64,000 nt of DNA, from positions 755 through 64,754 of the forward strand of contig JAQULS010000001.1 of NCBI GenBank assembly GCA_028749235.1. Direction: 5' to 3'. The DNA comes from Acidobacteriota bacterium (GTDB lineage Bacteria > Acidobacteriota > Aminicenantia > Aminicenantales > UBA4085). The notes under the pieces are model-generated. The model was not told where the DNA came from and searched no databases. It saw only the letters and a list, made by a program, of their open reading frames with translations. Shown here piece after piece: positions 9,279 to 18,666 of the stretch; position 1 is the stretch's first letter; every line of letters begins with the position of its first letter. Position numbers and translations under genes: made by a program.

Positions 9279-10075
9279 GCCTCTTCCACCTTCAGCCTGG
9301 AGCGGATGTCGTCTTCCTTCAAGGCATAGAGGGCGTCGATGAACCGGACCTCCAGGGAAGCCGGCCCGGCCGCGCCTTCGGCGGCCATCTCGCCGGCGAT
9401 GCCCATCACGGCCATGGCATGGGCCGCGGCCTGGACGGGAGAGGGATTGACCGCGGCGAAGGCGGCGGTGAGGGCCGTAGCCGCGCAACCCAGGCCCGTC
9501 ACGCGGGGCATCAGGGGATGGCCGTTGGCCACCCGCAACAGCCTGGTTTCGCCGACGATGAGATCGACCGGGCCGCTGACGCTGACGACGACGCCGAAGC
9601 CGGCCAAGGCCCGGGCGGCTTCCAGGGCGTCGGCGGAATCGTGGCGGCTGTCGACGCCCTTGGTCGCCGCTTCGGCCAGGACCAGGGCCCGGATCTCCGA
9701 GGCGTTGCCGCGGACGATGCAGGGCCGGCAGGCCTCGATCAGGCTCAAGGCCGTTTCCGTACGGAAGCGGGTCGCGCCGGCTCCGACCGGGTCTATGACG
9801 ATCGGTATTTTCTTGGCCTTGGCCGCAGCGGCGGCCAGCCGCATCGATTCGATCCAGGGCCGGCTGAGAGTCCCGATGTTGAGGACCAGGGCTTGGGCGA
9901 TCCCGGCCATCTCGGCTGCCTCCTCGGGAGCCTGGGCCATGACCGGAGAGGCCCCCAGGGCCAGCAGGGCATTGGCCGTCAGATTCATGACCACATAGTT
10001 GGTGATGTTATGAATGAGCGGCCGGCCGGCGCGGATCCGCTCGACGTCCTGCCATACGGTTCGGGCATCGGTCAT
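9275..10075 (-). CDS. thiM: hydroxyethylthiazole kinase
   Basis: 266-aa ORF with ThiM-like regions PLIHNITNYVVMNLTANALLALGASPVMA and DPVGAGATRFRTE. Confidence 0.85.
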   Translation of the reverse strand: MTDARTVWQDVERIRAGRPLIHNITNYVVMNLTANALLALGASPVMAQAPEEAAEMAGIAQALVLNIGTLSRPWIESMRLAAAAAKAKKIPIVIDPVGAGATRFRTETALSLIEACRPCIVRGNASEIRALVLAEAATKGVDSRHDSADALEAARALAGFGVVVSVSGPVDLIVGETRLLRVANGHPLMPRVTGLGCAATALTAAFAAVNPSPVQAAAHAMAVMGIAGEMAAEGAAGPASLEVRFIDALYALKEDDIRSRLKVEEA

Positions 10076-10117
10076 GTCATCCTCCTGTGCCGCGGCCGCG
10101 CCTTGGGGCCGCCCGCG

Positions 10118-10165
10118 AAAAAAAAGGCCGTTTCCGCCGGCGTCTCATCGCCGGAGAAAACGGCC
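10118..10165 (-). terminator. rho-independent terminator downstream of the YHS-domain gene
   Basis: On the minus strand the sequence is GGCCGTTTTCTCCGGCG-atgaga-CGCCGGCGGAAACGGCC followed by T8. It lies immediately after the stop at 10173. Confidence 0.7.
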
Positions 10166-10172
10166 TGACGGC

Positions 10173-10940
10173 TTACTTCTTGGTCGCGCAGGAAGCGCAG
10201 GCTCCCTCGGCGCAAGCCGACGGGCCGCCGGCGGAATCCTTCTTGGCCTCTTTCATCTTGGCCGCGTGCTCCTGGATCTTCTTGACCGTCTCGGCGTTCT
10301 TGGAGGTCACGGTGATGACGACGCCGTCCTTGACGATCTCGACCTTGCGCTCGACGTCCGCGCCCATCATCGGACAGCCGGCCTTGTTCCCGGCCTTCAT
10401 TTGTCCCTTCATCATCTGGCCGTGCATCATGCCCTGGCCGTGGATCATGCCCTGGCCGTGGATCATGCCTTCAGCGGGCTTGGCCGCGGCCGCCAGGAAC
10501 TTTTCCGGCTCCTTGACGAACTCCGCCTTGCTGCCTTCGCAGCAGAAGTAGTACTTGGTCCCCTTGTATTCGTACGTCGCATTGGCCGTGGCCTTGTCGA
10601 TCATCATGCCGCGGACCGGATCCTTAGCCTTGGCCGGATCGTCGGTTTTGGCCGGCATCATCTGGCCGTGCATCATGCCTTCGTGGGTCATACCGGCGGC
10701 GGGCTTGGCCTCGGCCGCCAGGAACTTTTCCGGCTCCTTGGCGAACCTCGTCTTGCAGCTTTCGCCGCAGAAATAATACGTCGTGCCCTTGTAGTCATAT
10801 GTCCACTTGGCCGTGGCCTTGTCCACCGACATGCCGCAAACCGGGTCCTTGGCCTTGTCGGCCGTTTGGGCCGCGCCCAGGCAAACGCCGCCCGCGACAA
10901 TCAGCAGCAGGGCTAGAATCAACCAATTCATTCTCTTCAT
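10173..10940 (-). CDS. secreted tandem YHS-domain, Met/His-rich putative copper-binding protein
   Basis: Signal peptide MKRMNWLILALLLIVAGGVCLGAA. Two YHS/TRASH-like repeats (DPVCGMSVDKATAKWTYDYKGTTYYFCGESCKTRFAKEPEKF and DPVRGMMIDKATANATYEYKGTKYYFCCEGSKAEFVKEPEKF), each followed by Met-rich tracts (GMIHGQGMIHGQGMMHGQMM). C-terminal Cys cluster CAEGACASCA. The DNA shows a tandem duplication of about 290 nt. Confidence 0.8.
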   Translation of the reverse strand: MKRMNWLILALLLIVAGGVCLGAAQTADKAKDPVCGMSVDKATAKWTYDYKGTTYYFCGESCKTRFAKEPEKFLAAEAKPAAGMTHEGMMHGQMMPAKTDDPAKAKDPVRGMMIDKATANATYEYKGTKYYFCCEGSKAEFVKEPEKFLAAAAKPAEGMIHGQGMIHGQGMMHGQMMKGQMKAGNKAGCPMMGADVERKVEIVKDGVVITVTSKNAETVKKIQEHAAKMKEAKKDSAGGPSACAEGACASCATKK

Positions 10941-10990
10941 GAAGACCTCCGTTTGAATCCGTCTCCCTGACGGGATGGCGCCGAAAGATG

Positions 10991-11019
10991 ATTATACATT
11001 GGAATGATAGGAACAATAA
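10991..11019 (-). promoter_or_regulatory. candidate sigma70-type promoter for the YHS gene (minus strand TTATTG-17 nt-TATAAT)
   Basis: Minus-strand reading ttattgttcctatcattccaatgtataat is about 45 nt upstream of the start at 10940. Pattern match only. Confidence 0.3.
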
Positions 11020-11116
11020 ACCCGTTCGATGCCCCGGGCTTAAGGCAGGGTTAATACTGAGCGGCGCTTATAACCCCGATTTGAAAATCGGGGTTATAAG
11101 CGCCGCGAATGTATCA
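11015..11116. repeat. intergenic repeat element family 1, copy A; contains a perfect 20-nt inverted repeat at 11063-11104
   Basis: aataaacccgttcgatgccccgggctt...agggttaatactgagcggcgcttataaccccgatttgaaaatcggggttataagcgccgcgaatgtatca. Near-identical to 24324-24421. The terminal ...gcgcgaatgtatca is shared with 52171-52189. Lies just downstream of the copA stop. Confidence 0.75.
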
Positions 11117-11138
11117 ACTTCACCCGGCTCCGCTCCCG

Positions 11139-13400
11139 TCATTCGCCCGGGCGGAAGCGCTTGAGGCGAAGGGAATTCGAGACGACCGACACCGAGCTGA
11201 AAGCCATGGCGGCCGAAGCCAGCATGGGATTGAGGAGGATGCCGAAAAACGGGTACAGGGCTCCGGCCGCCACGGGGATGCCCACGACGTTGTAGATGAA
11301 AGCCCAGAAGAGGTTCTGCTTGATCGTCCTCATCGTCCGGCGGCTCAAGGCGACGGCCCGGGCCACGCCGGCCAGGTCGCCCCGGATCAGGGTGATGTCG
11401 GCCGCGTCCATGGCCACGTCCGTTCCCGTGCCGATGGCGATGCCGATGTCGGCCTGGGCCAGGGCCGGGGCATCGTTGATGCCGTCCCCGACCATGGCCA
11501 CCCGGCGGCCTTCGGCTTGCAGGCGGCGGATCTCGGCCGTCTTGTCGGCCGGGAGGAGCTCCGCCAGGACGCGCTCGACGCCCGCCGCCCGGGCCACGGC
11601 CTCGGCCGTCCCGCGATGGTCGCCCGTCAGTATGATGACATCCAGGCCGAGCCCCTGGAGCTTGCGCACGGCGGCTTTCGCCCCTTCCTTGAGCGGATCC
11701 GCGATCGCCAGGAGACCGGCCGCGCGGCCGTCGACGGCCGCGTATATCGGAGTCTTGCCCTCGCCGGCCAGGATCCCGGCCCGGGCCGCCCAAGCCGAGG
11801 CGTCAATGCCCCGCTCTTCGAGAAGAGCGCGGTTCCCGATCAGGACGGAGCGGCCGCCGACCGAAGCCGCCACTCCCCGGCCCGCCACGGCGGAAAAATC
11901 GGCGGCCGAAACGGGCGCCAAGCCGCGGGAGCGGGCCGCTTCGAGGACCGCTCCGGCCAGCGGATGCTCGGACAGGCGCTCGGCCGAAGCCGCGACGGCC
12001 AAAAGCCCCGCCTCGTCCCAGCCTTCGGCCGGCCAAACGTCGGTCACTTCCGGCGCCCCTTTGGTCAGGGTGCCGGTCTTGTCGAAGACGACGGTCGTGA
12101 TCTTGTGGGCCGTCTCCAGGCTGGCCCCGTTCTTGATCAGGATGCCGAGTTCGGCGCCTTTGCCGGTCCCGACCATGATCGCGGTCGGAGTGGCCAGACC
12201 CAGGGCGCAAGGGCAGGCGATGATCAGGACGGCCACGAAATTGAGCAGCGCCATGGTCAGGGACGGACGGGGGCCGAAAGCCCACCAGGCCGCGAAGGTC
12301 AGGACGGCGATCGACAGGACGACCGGGACGAAGACCCCGGCTATGGCGTCGGCCAGGCGCTGGATGGGGGCCTTGGATCCCTGGGCCTCCCGGACCAGCC
12401 TGACGATCTGGGCCAGCGCGGTGTCCCGGCCGACCCGGGTGGCCCGCATTTCGAAGCCGCCCGTCTTGTTCAGCGTCGCTCCGATGACCGGATCGCCGGC
12501 CGTCTTGGCCGCGGGCATGCTCTCGCCGGTGATCATCGACTCGTCCACGGCCGATCCTCCCCGCACGATGACGCCGTCGACGGGGACGCGCTCGCCCGGA
12601 CGGACCACCAGGACATCGCCGACCGCGACCTCGCGGACCGGGATCTCGATTTCATTCGGGCCGCGCAGGACGCGGGCCGTCTTGGGCTGCAGCCCGATGA
12701 GCGCGCGGATGGCGTCCGAGGCGCGCCCCTTGGCCCGGGCCTCGAGCAGCCGCCCGAGCAGGATCAAGGTGATGATCACGGCCGAAGTGTCGAAATAAAC
12801 ATGGGGAGCCGGCCCGCCCCGGGCGAAAAGTCCGGGGGCCAGGGTGGCCGCGGCGCTGTAGGCATACGCGGCGGTCGTGCCGACCGCGACCAGGGTGTTC
12901 ATGTCGGCGGCTCGATGCCTCAAGGCGGACCAGGCGCCCCGGTAAAAACGGGCTCCGATCCAGAACTGCACGGGAGTGGCCAGGGCCCAGAGAAGAAACG
13001 GATTGTGCAGAAAGGCCGGAAAGCCCGACACGAGCCGTCCCATGCTTCCGGCCATGACCATGGCGCTCAAAGCCAGGCCGATGAAGAAGCGGGACCGGAG
13101 GCGCCTTATGTCGCGATCCCGCTGCCTCGCTTCGACGTCCTCCTCGTCCTCCTCTTCGGAAACGCGGACGACCCCGTACCCGGCCGCTTCGATGGCCGCT
13201 TCCAACCCGGCCCGCCGGACCCGGCCGGTCAGGTACTCGACCGTGGCCCGGTTCGTAGCCAGGTTGACCGAGGCGCTCACGACGCCCGGAACGCCGAGCA
13301 GGGCGGTTTCGGCCCGGCGGACGCACGAGGCGCAGTGAAGGCCCTGGATGGCGATCTCGGCCTTGACCGGGGCCGGACCGGTTCGTTTTGTTTCGTTCAT
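11139..13400 (-). CDS. copA: copper-translocating P1B-type ATPase
   Basis: N-terminal HMA domain [11 protein letters not shown] transmembrane motif ([13 protein letters not shown]), DKTGTLT phosphorylation site and [10 protein letters not shown] hinge. ATG at 13400 with RBS GAGGAGAAAGACG. The track ORF extends to an alternative TTG at 13415. Confidence 0.9.
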   Translation of the reverse strand: MNETKRTGPAPVKAEIAIQGLHCASCVRRAETALLGVPGVVSASVNLATNRATVEYLTGRVRRAGLEAAIEAAGYGVVRVSEEEDEEDVEARQRDRDIRRLRSRFFIGLALSAMVMAGSMGRLVSGFPAFLHNPFLLWALATPVQFWIGARFYRGAWSALRHRAADMNTLVAVGTTAAYAYSAAATLAPGLFARGGPAPHVYFDTSAVIITLILLGRLLEARAKGRASDAIRALIGLQPKTARVLRGPNEIEIPVREVAVGDVLVVRPGERVPVDGVIVRGGSAVDESMITGESMPAAKTAGDPVIGATLNKTGGFEMRATRVGRDTALAQIVRLVREAQGSKAPIQRLADAIAGVFVPVVLSIAVLTFAAWWAFGPRPSLTMALLNFVAVLIIACPCALGLATPTAIMVGTGKGAELGILIKNGASLETAHKITTVVFDKTGTLTKGAPEVTDVWPAEGWDEAGLLAVAASAERLSEHPLAGAVLEAARSRGLAPVSAADFSAVAGRGVAASVGGRSVLIGNRALLEERGIDASAWAARAGILAGEGKTPIYAAVDGRAAGLLAIADPLKEGAKAAVRKLQGLGLDVIILTGDHRGTAEAVARAAGVERVLAELLPADKTAEIRRLQAEGRRVAMVGDGINDAPALAQADIGIAIGTGTDVAMDAADITLIRGDLAGVARAVALSRRTMRTIKQNLFWAFIYNVVGIPVAAGALYPFFGILLNPMLASAAMAFSSVSVVSNSLRLKRFRPGE

Positions 13401-13411
13401 CGTCTTTCTCC

Positions 13412-13699
13412 TCAACGCCGGAACCGGGAGCGACCCAAAAGCTCCAGGATCTCGGCGATCTTGCGGTCCTGATCGACGCGGTTGCTCCCGGCCAGGGACT
13501 CACGGACGCAGGTCCGCAGATGCCGGGCCAGGATATTGTCCTCGACCTTCCGCAGCGCTCCGGCGACGGACTGGAGCTGGGTCAGGACGTCGATGCAATA
13601 GCGGCCATCCTCGATCATCCGCCGGACGCCCTGCACCTGGCCCTCGATCTTTCGCAACCGGCTCACTTCGTCGACATGTTTTTCGGGCGAAACACTCAT
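13412..13699 (-). CDS. csoR: CsoR/RcnR family metal-sensing transcriptional repressor (copper-sensing)
   Basis: 95-aa ORF with the characteristic C...H...C motif context ([33 protein letters not shown]). Directly upstream of copA. Confidence 0.85.
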   Translation of the reverse strand: MSVSPEKHVDEVSRLRKIEGQVQGVRRMIEDGRYCIDVLTQLQSVAGALRKVEDNILARHLRTCVRESLAGSNRVDQDRKIAEILELLGRSRFRR

Positions 13700-13796
13700 C
13701 GGGCACCTCCTCGTCCATTATACCATACCCCCCCATGGTATATGCCATAAACCCGGAGCGAAGTTCTGATGGGGAAGTCGGCCGGGCCCAGACGGG

Positions 13797-14915
13797 CTAA
13801 ACGATCGTTCCGCCGCCCAGGATGACGTCGCCGTCGTAGAAGACCGCCGCCTGCCCGGGCGTCGCGGCGCGCTGGGCCCGCTCGAACTCGACCACGATCC
13901 GGCCGCCCACCTCCGGATGAAGGACGGCCCGGGCTTCGGCATGGCGGGAACGGATCTTGACCGAGGCCGTCCGGGGCGCCTTCAGTTCCTCGATCGCCGA
14001 CCAGTTCACGCCTTCGACGAGCAAACGGCGGCGGAGCAAGGCTTCGTTCGGCCCGACCATGATCCGGTTGGCCGCGGCGTCGATGCCGACGACGTAAAGC
14101 GGCCGCGGCGCCGCGATGCCGAGACCCTTTCTCTGGCCGACCGTGTAGCGGGCGATCCCGCCGTGGCGGCCGATCGTCCGGCCGTCCGGACCGGCGATGT
14201 CGCCCGGCCGAAAGGCTTCGGGCGCCCGCGGCTTCAGGAATCCCACGTAGTCGTCGTCGGGGACGAAGCAGATTTCCTGGCTCTCCGGTTTGCGGGCCAC
14301 GGGCAGGCGCATCTTTTCGGCCAGGGCCCGGACCTCGGTTTTGCGCAGGCCGCCCAGGGGGAAGATCGTCCTGGCCAGGACGTCCTGCGGCAGGGAGTAC
14401 AGGAAATACGACTGGTCCTTGGCCGGATCGGACGCCTTGCGCAGCAGCCAGCGGCCCGAGGCCGCGTCCATCCCGACCCGGGCGTAGTGCCCGGTGGCCA
14501 AGGCCGCGGCGCCGAGCCTCCCCACCCGCCGCAGGAGCGGCCCGAACTTGACGAACCGGTTGCAGCGCAGGCAGGGATTCGGGGTCCGGCCCCGCCGGTA
14601 TTCGGCGACGAAATCCTCGATCACGGCTTTTTCGAACGTTCGCCGGAAGTCGGCGACGAAAAACGGGATGCCCAAGGTCGCGGCGACCGCGCCCGCGTCC
14701 CGCCGGGCCCCCGACCCGCAGCAGCCCGGCGAGGCATCCTCTCCGCACCGCCCGCCGGGCGGATGGAACAAGTCCATGGTCAGGCCGAAGACATCGAATC
14801 CCGCCTCCTGGAGCAGAGCCGCCGCAACCGAAGAGTCCACGCCGCCGCTCATGGCCACGGCGACCGGGCCGCCGCCCGGGCCGCGTTCGAAGGCCGTAAC
14901 AGATTGTGCTATCAT
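13797..14915 (-). CDS. mnmA: tRNA-specific 2-thiouridylase
   Basis: PP-loop SGGVDSSVAA and the conserved Cys pair (PCLRCNRFVKF). Start ATG at 14915 (M11 of the track ORF) is assumed. An alternative GTG at 14945 is possible. Confidence 0.8.
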   Translation of the reverse strand: MIAQSVTAFERGPGGGPVAVAMSGGVDSSVAAALLQEAGFDVFGLTMDLFHPPGGRCGEDASPGCCGSGARRDAGAVAATLGIPFFVADFRRTFEKAVIEDFVAEYRRGRTPNPCLRCNRFVKFGPLLRRVGRLGAAALATGHYARVGMDAASGRWLLRKASDPAKDQSYFLYSLPQDVLARTIFPLGGLRKTEVRALAEKMRLPVARKPESQEICFVPDDDYVGFLKPRAPEAFRPGDIAGPDGRTIGRHGGIARYTVGQRKGLGIAAPRPLYVVGIDAAANRIMVGPNEALLRRRLLVEGVNWSAIEELKAPRTASVKIRSRHAEARAVLHPEVGGRIVVEFERAQRAATPGQAAVFYDGDVILGGGTIV

Positions 14916-14962
14916 GACGTTATAGGTAGGCAGCCATTGTACCACGGCCAGGGAGGAGCCCC

Positions 14963-15826
14963 ATGAAAATGCCGCGCCTTGAAATCGTCGCCGCCGCCGT
15001 TATGAGCCTGGCCGGCCTGGCCGCCGCCCAGCCCCGCCTGGAGCTGTCCGTCGGGATCGGCAACTGCGTTTCCTCCTGGAAGGACGTCTCTTACAGCCAT
15101 GCTTATACGCCGCCGTTTCTCTATGACTCGACGGCCGTCACCTCGGGCCTGCAAACACTGACTCTCGGAGTCGATTCCATCTTCGGGGGATCCCTCAGCG
15201 CGGCCGTGATCGCCGGCCACTTCGGCGTCATGGTCACGTACCTCGCCTTCAACCCCGATATCTTCGGCACGAGCTCGGCGGACGCCGTCAGCGTCCGCTA
15301 CACCGCCATGCAGCCGCCGGACTACACCCCCACTCCGGCCGCCTTGGACTTCTCGACCAAGATGGCGGATCCCAACGGCGAGCTTCGCGAGACGACGATC
15401 AGCCTGGACGGCATCTTCCGCGTCGCCTTACCGGGCTGGTTCAGCCTGGACTTGTCGGCGGGCTTGACCTGGTTCAACATCGAGGGCGAAATAGGGGTTC
15501 TGGACTATTGGAAATTCTGGCTGGGCGGACATTCCGTCCTCTTTGCCCAGCAATACCAGCTGCTGATGGACATCGAATCGTTCAACCGGATCGGAGGCAA
15601 CGCCGGCGCGACTTTGAACTGGCACATGGCGACCAACGCGTCGCTCTGGATCGAGGCCCGTTACTATTTGGCCGGGTCCGGCCAGGCCGACTTGAGCTTC
15701 GAGCCGGTCGAATCCGAATCCGTCATCGTGGCCTTCGATCCCGAGACCGACATCATCCCGGTCGGCGACCTTGTCATCAAGCCCAGCTTCTTCCGCTTCG
15801 CCGCGGGCTTCCGGATCGTGTTCTGA
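14963..15826 (+). CDS. outer membrane beta-barrel protein (hypothetical)
   Basis: Signal peptide MKMPRLEIVAAAVMSLAGLAAAQP. Alternating amphipathic beta-strand pattern and C-terminal aromatic terminus ...AAGFRIVF. Confidence 0.7.
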   Translation: MKMPRLEIVAAAVMSLAGLAAAQPRLELSVGIGNCVSSWKDVSYSHAYTPPFLYDSTAVTSGLQTLTLGVDSIFGGSLSAAVIAGHFGVMVTYLAFNPDIFGTSSADAVSVRYTAMQPPDYTPTPAALDFSTKMADPNGELRETTISLDGIFRVALPGWFSLDLSAGLTWFNIEGEIGVLDYWKFWLGGHSVLFAQQYQLLMDIESFNRIGGNAGATLNWHMATNASLWIEARYYLAGSGQADLSFEPVESESVIVAFDPETDIIPVGDLVIKPSFFRFAAGFRIVF

Positions 15827-15842
15827 CGCGGCGGGCACACCC

Positions 15843-17108
15843 GTGGCAAGCCGACCGGAAGGGAGCCACACGGCCTTTTTCCGCTTTCATCTCCGGGTCG
15901 GCGTCCGGATAGGGCTCCGGCTCCTGGCCCCGATCCTGGCGGGCCTCTTCGCCGCCTACTACCTTCTCCGCCCCGAGCTGATCCTGCTGCTGCTCGACCA
16001 CTTGCTCAAAAGGGGCGGCGCCTTCGGGCGCGGCCTATCCCTCGCCGTCGTCAACGGGCTCATCGGAGCCGTCATCGCGCCCAGGGTGACGCTCGGCTTG
16101 GGCGGGTGGATCCGCCATCTTCCCGCCGCTTCGCGCTCCCAGCGGGGCATGGCGGCCGTTTCCATCCTGATCGCCGAAATCCCGATCCTTCTTCCGCTCG
16201 CGGCCGCGGCCCTTCTTCTGCCCGACAAAAACAGCCCTGCCCAGGTCTGGGCCTCGGTCGCGGGCCTCTTCGCCTCGGCTTTTTTCATGGCCCTCTATCT
16301 TCTCCCCGTGCGGCAGCCGCTCTGGGCTTCCGGCCTGACCTTGGCCGCCTGCATCCTGGCGGGATCGGGACGGCCGCTCCTTATGGCGGCGGCCGCGGCT
16401 GCCGCGTTCCTGGCCGATAGGGCGACGGGGCCGTTCCTGGGACGAGGCCGGCCGAAGAGACGGCTGATCCGTCCGTCTTCCGAACCGGCGTTTTTCGGTT
16501 TCCTCTTGAACCTGCGGGCGGCCGGATTTTCCATACTCTGGTCTCTTCTCCCGCCGGCTCTCTTTTTCGGCTGGCTGGTCGTCTTCCTCGCCAACAATCC
16601 CCTGGCGCCGGGACCCATCCGGGCGGCCGTTCGGCTGGCCGCCGGCGGAGCCGCAGCCGGCGCCCTGGCCGCGGCCGCCGCAAGCCTGGGAAAGCATCGG
16701 CCGGTCTGGCCCTGGAGCCGATCCTTGCCGATCGGATCCCGCAAGCGCGTGCTGCAGGACGCCCTGTTCCTGGCCGTTCCGGGCGCCGCGGCGCTGGCGG
16801 CGTTCGCCCTTTATTCCCCGGCCGCGCTCCCAGCGGCGGGACTTCTCCCCTACGCCGCCTTCCGGGCGGCGGCCGCCGCCCGGCCGTCCATGGAGACGCC
16901 GCGAAGCCCCATTCCCGGTCTGGTCTTGGAGCTGCTGTTGGCCGCGATCATGACCGCTTTAATCCCCGCGGCCGCCGGACTTCTCGCCGTCCTGGCCGTC
17001 CCCGCCTGGTCGATCGCCGCCCGGCGGGAGCGCTCGCTCAAGACCGGATTATGGCTGGAACGACGATACTCGGCCGACGGTGATTCCCTGACCTGGAGCT
17101 CCCGATGA
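15843..17108 (+). CDS. polytopic integral membrane protein (hypothetical), translationally coupled to the downstream ABC ATPase
   Basis: About 10 or more hydrophobic helices, Ala/Leu/Gly-rich. Stop overlaps the ATPase start (ATGA at 17105). Start codon uncertain (GTG 15843 chosen, in frame). Confidence 0.55.
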   Translation: MASRPEGSHTAFFRFHLRVGVRIGLRLLAPILAGLFAAYYLLRPELILLLLDHLLKRGGAFGRGLSLAVVNGLIGAVIAPRVTLGLGGWIRHLPAASRSQRGMAAVSILIAEIPILLPLAAAALLLPDKNSPAQVWASVAGLFASAFFMALYLLPVRQPLWASGLTLAACILAGSGRPLLMAAAAAAAFLADRATGPFLGRGRPKRRLIRPSSEPAFFGFLLNLRAAGFSILWSLLPPALFFGWLVVFLANNPLAPGPIRAAVRLAAGGAAAGALAAAAASLGKHRPVWPWSRSLPIGSRKRVLQDALFLAVPGAAALAAFALYSPAALPAAGLLPYAAFRAAAAARPSMETPRSPIPGLVLELLLAAIMTALIPAAAGLLAVLAVPAWSIAARRERSLKTGLWLERRYSADGDSLTWSSR

Positions 17109-17806
17109 TCGCTTTCGAATCGGTGTCCTTCGGTTACCTTCCGGGCCGCCCTTTCCTGCGCGGCGTGAGCGTGCGGATCGGCCCCGGGCTGACCCTCGTC
17201 GCGGGGCCGAACGGGGCCGGCAAAAGCACTTGGCTGAAGCTGGCGGCGGGGGTGGAGCCTCCCGATGCGGGCCGCGTCCTGATCGACGGGCGGGACTTGT
17301 GGCGGGAGGAGGCGGCCGCCCGGGCCGGCCTGGCCTATGTCTCCGAACAGCCCGACTTGACGCCTTATGCCACGATTGAGGACATTCTGCGGCTCGTGAG
17401 CCGGGTCCGGCGCCGCCCGGCGGGGGAAGCCGACGAGGCGCTGGCCCGGATGGGGCTGGAACGCTTCGCCGGCCGCTCGGTGCGCGAGCTTTCGCTGGGC
17501 CAAAAAAGGCGGGCCGCCTTCGCCGCCGCCCTCATCGGCTCGCCCGATCATCTTCTCCTCGACGAGCCGTTAGAGGCCATGGACCGGGCCTCGCGCGATC
17601 TCATCATCGACTGGATTCTGCGCCGGAAGGCGGAGGGAGCCGTGGCCGTCGTCGTCTCGCATGACCTCGAACCGTTCGCCGCCGCGGCGGACCGCGTCCT
17701 GGCACTCCGCGAAGGGACGGCCGTCCTGCGGGACGTCCCGCGGGCCGCCCCGGAAGACCGGCGGGCATTCCTCGACCGCCTGGCCCGGGGAGAAAAGGCC
17801 GTCTGA
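17105..17806 (+). CDS. ABC transporter ATP-binding protein
   Basis: Walker A GPNGAGKST, signature LSLGQKRR, Walker B LLLDEPLEAMD and H-loop VVVSHD. Confidence 0.88.
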   Translation: MIAFESVSFGYLPGRPFLRGVSVRIGPGLTLVAGPNGAGKSTWLKLAAGVEPPDAGRVLIDGRDLWREEAAARAGLAYVSEQPDLTPYATIEDILRLVSRVRRRPAGEADEALARMGLERFAGRSVRELSLGQKRRAAFAAALIGSPDHLLLDEPLEAMDRASRDLIIDWILRRKAEGAVAVVVSHDLEPFAAAADRVLALREGTAVLRDVPRAAPEDRRAFLDRLARGEKAV

Positions 17807-17898
17807 ACCGGGGCCGGCCGGCCTCGCGGCGCATTGCGACCGGAGGCGGTTTGTGTTACTATTTTGCGGCATTATCTCGTCTCCAAGGAGCTCACTCA

Positions 17899-18652
17899 TA
17901 TGTCCGGACACTCTAAATGGGCCTCGATTAAGCATAAAAAGGGCGCCGCGGACGCCAAGCGGGGCAAGATTTTCACCAAGATCATCCGCGAGATCGCGGT
18001 GGCGGCCCGAGCCGGCGGCGGCGATCCGGATATGAATCCCCGCCTGCGCACGGCCATCCAGGGCGCCAAGAACGCCAACATGCCCGCCGACAACGTCAAG
18101 CGGGCCATCCAGAAAGGCACCGGCCAGCTCGAAGGCGCCCAGTACGAGGAAGTCATCTACGAAGGCTACGGCCCCGGCGGCGTCGCCATCTACATCACCG
18201 CCCTCTCGGACAATAAAAACCGGACGGTCTCCGAAGTTCGGCACATCTTCATGAAGAACGGAGGCCAGATCGGGACGCAAGGCTGCGTCTCCTTCCGATT
18301 CAAACGGGGCGCCTACATCGACATCGACAAAGAGCAGGCCGACGAAGAGAAGCTCATGGATCTGGCCCTGGCTGCCGGGGCCGACGACATCAAGGACGAG
18401 GGCGATGCCTGGGAAGTCATCACGACTCCGGAAAAGTACGAGGCCGTCCTGGAGGCGATCAAGGGGGCGGGGATCGAAGTCGCGGATTCCAGCGTCGGCT
18501 ACATCCCGCTGGATTATACCAAGGTCGAGGGCAAGCAGGCCCACCAGGCCCTCAAGCTGGTTGAAGAGCTCGAGGACCACGACGACGTCCAGAGCGTCGC
18601 CGCCAACTTCGACATCGACGCCAAGGACATCGCCGAGTACGAGAACTCCTGA
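17899..18652 (+). CDS. yebC: YebC/PmpR family DNA-binding transcriptional regulator
   Basis: MSGHSKWASIKHKKGAADAKRGKIFTKIIREI is the highly conserved YebC N-terminus. Confidence 0.92.
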
Positions 18653-18666
18653 CCGGACCGCCTCCC

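Noticed and set aside
10076-10172. Possible TPP riboswitch upstream of thiM
   Set aside because: The spacer is fully accounted for by the terminator hairpin plus T8 of the upstream gene, followed by only about 40 nt with an RBS. No conserved TPP-aptamer elements (CUGAGA ... ACCUGAUCUGGAUAAUGCCAGCG) are visible.
10380-10560. Short direct DNA repeats (gccctggccgtggatcatgccctggccgtggatcatgcc) resembling a CRISPR or microsatellite array
   Set aside because: They are in-frame codon repeats encoding the GMIHGQGMIHGQ Met-rich motif of the YHS-domain protein. No spacers, no cas genes.
10014-10916. 300-aa + strand ORF with His/Leu/Ala repeats (HHALAVDHALAVDHA)
   Set aside because: Antisense image of the tandem Met-rich repeats of the YHS-domain gene. 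The real gene has a signal peptide, recognisable domains and a terminator.
13696-14748. 350-aa minus-strand ORF overlapping mnmA in another frame
   Set aside because: Arg/Pro/Gly-rich alternate frame of the mnmA gene. mnmA carries the PP-loop and conserved cysteines.
17570-18580. 336-aa minus-strand ORF
   Set aside because: Antisense to the highly conserved yebC gene.
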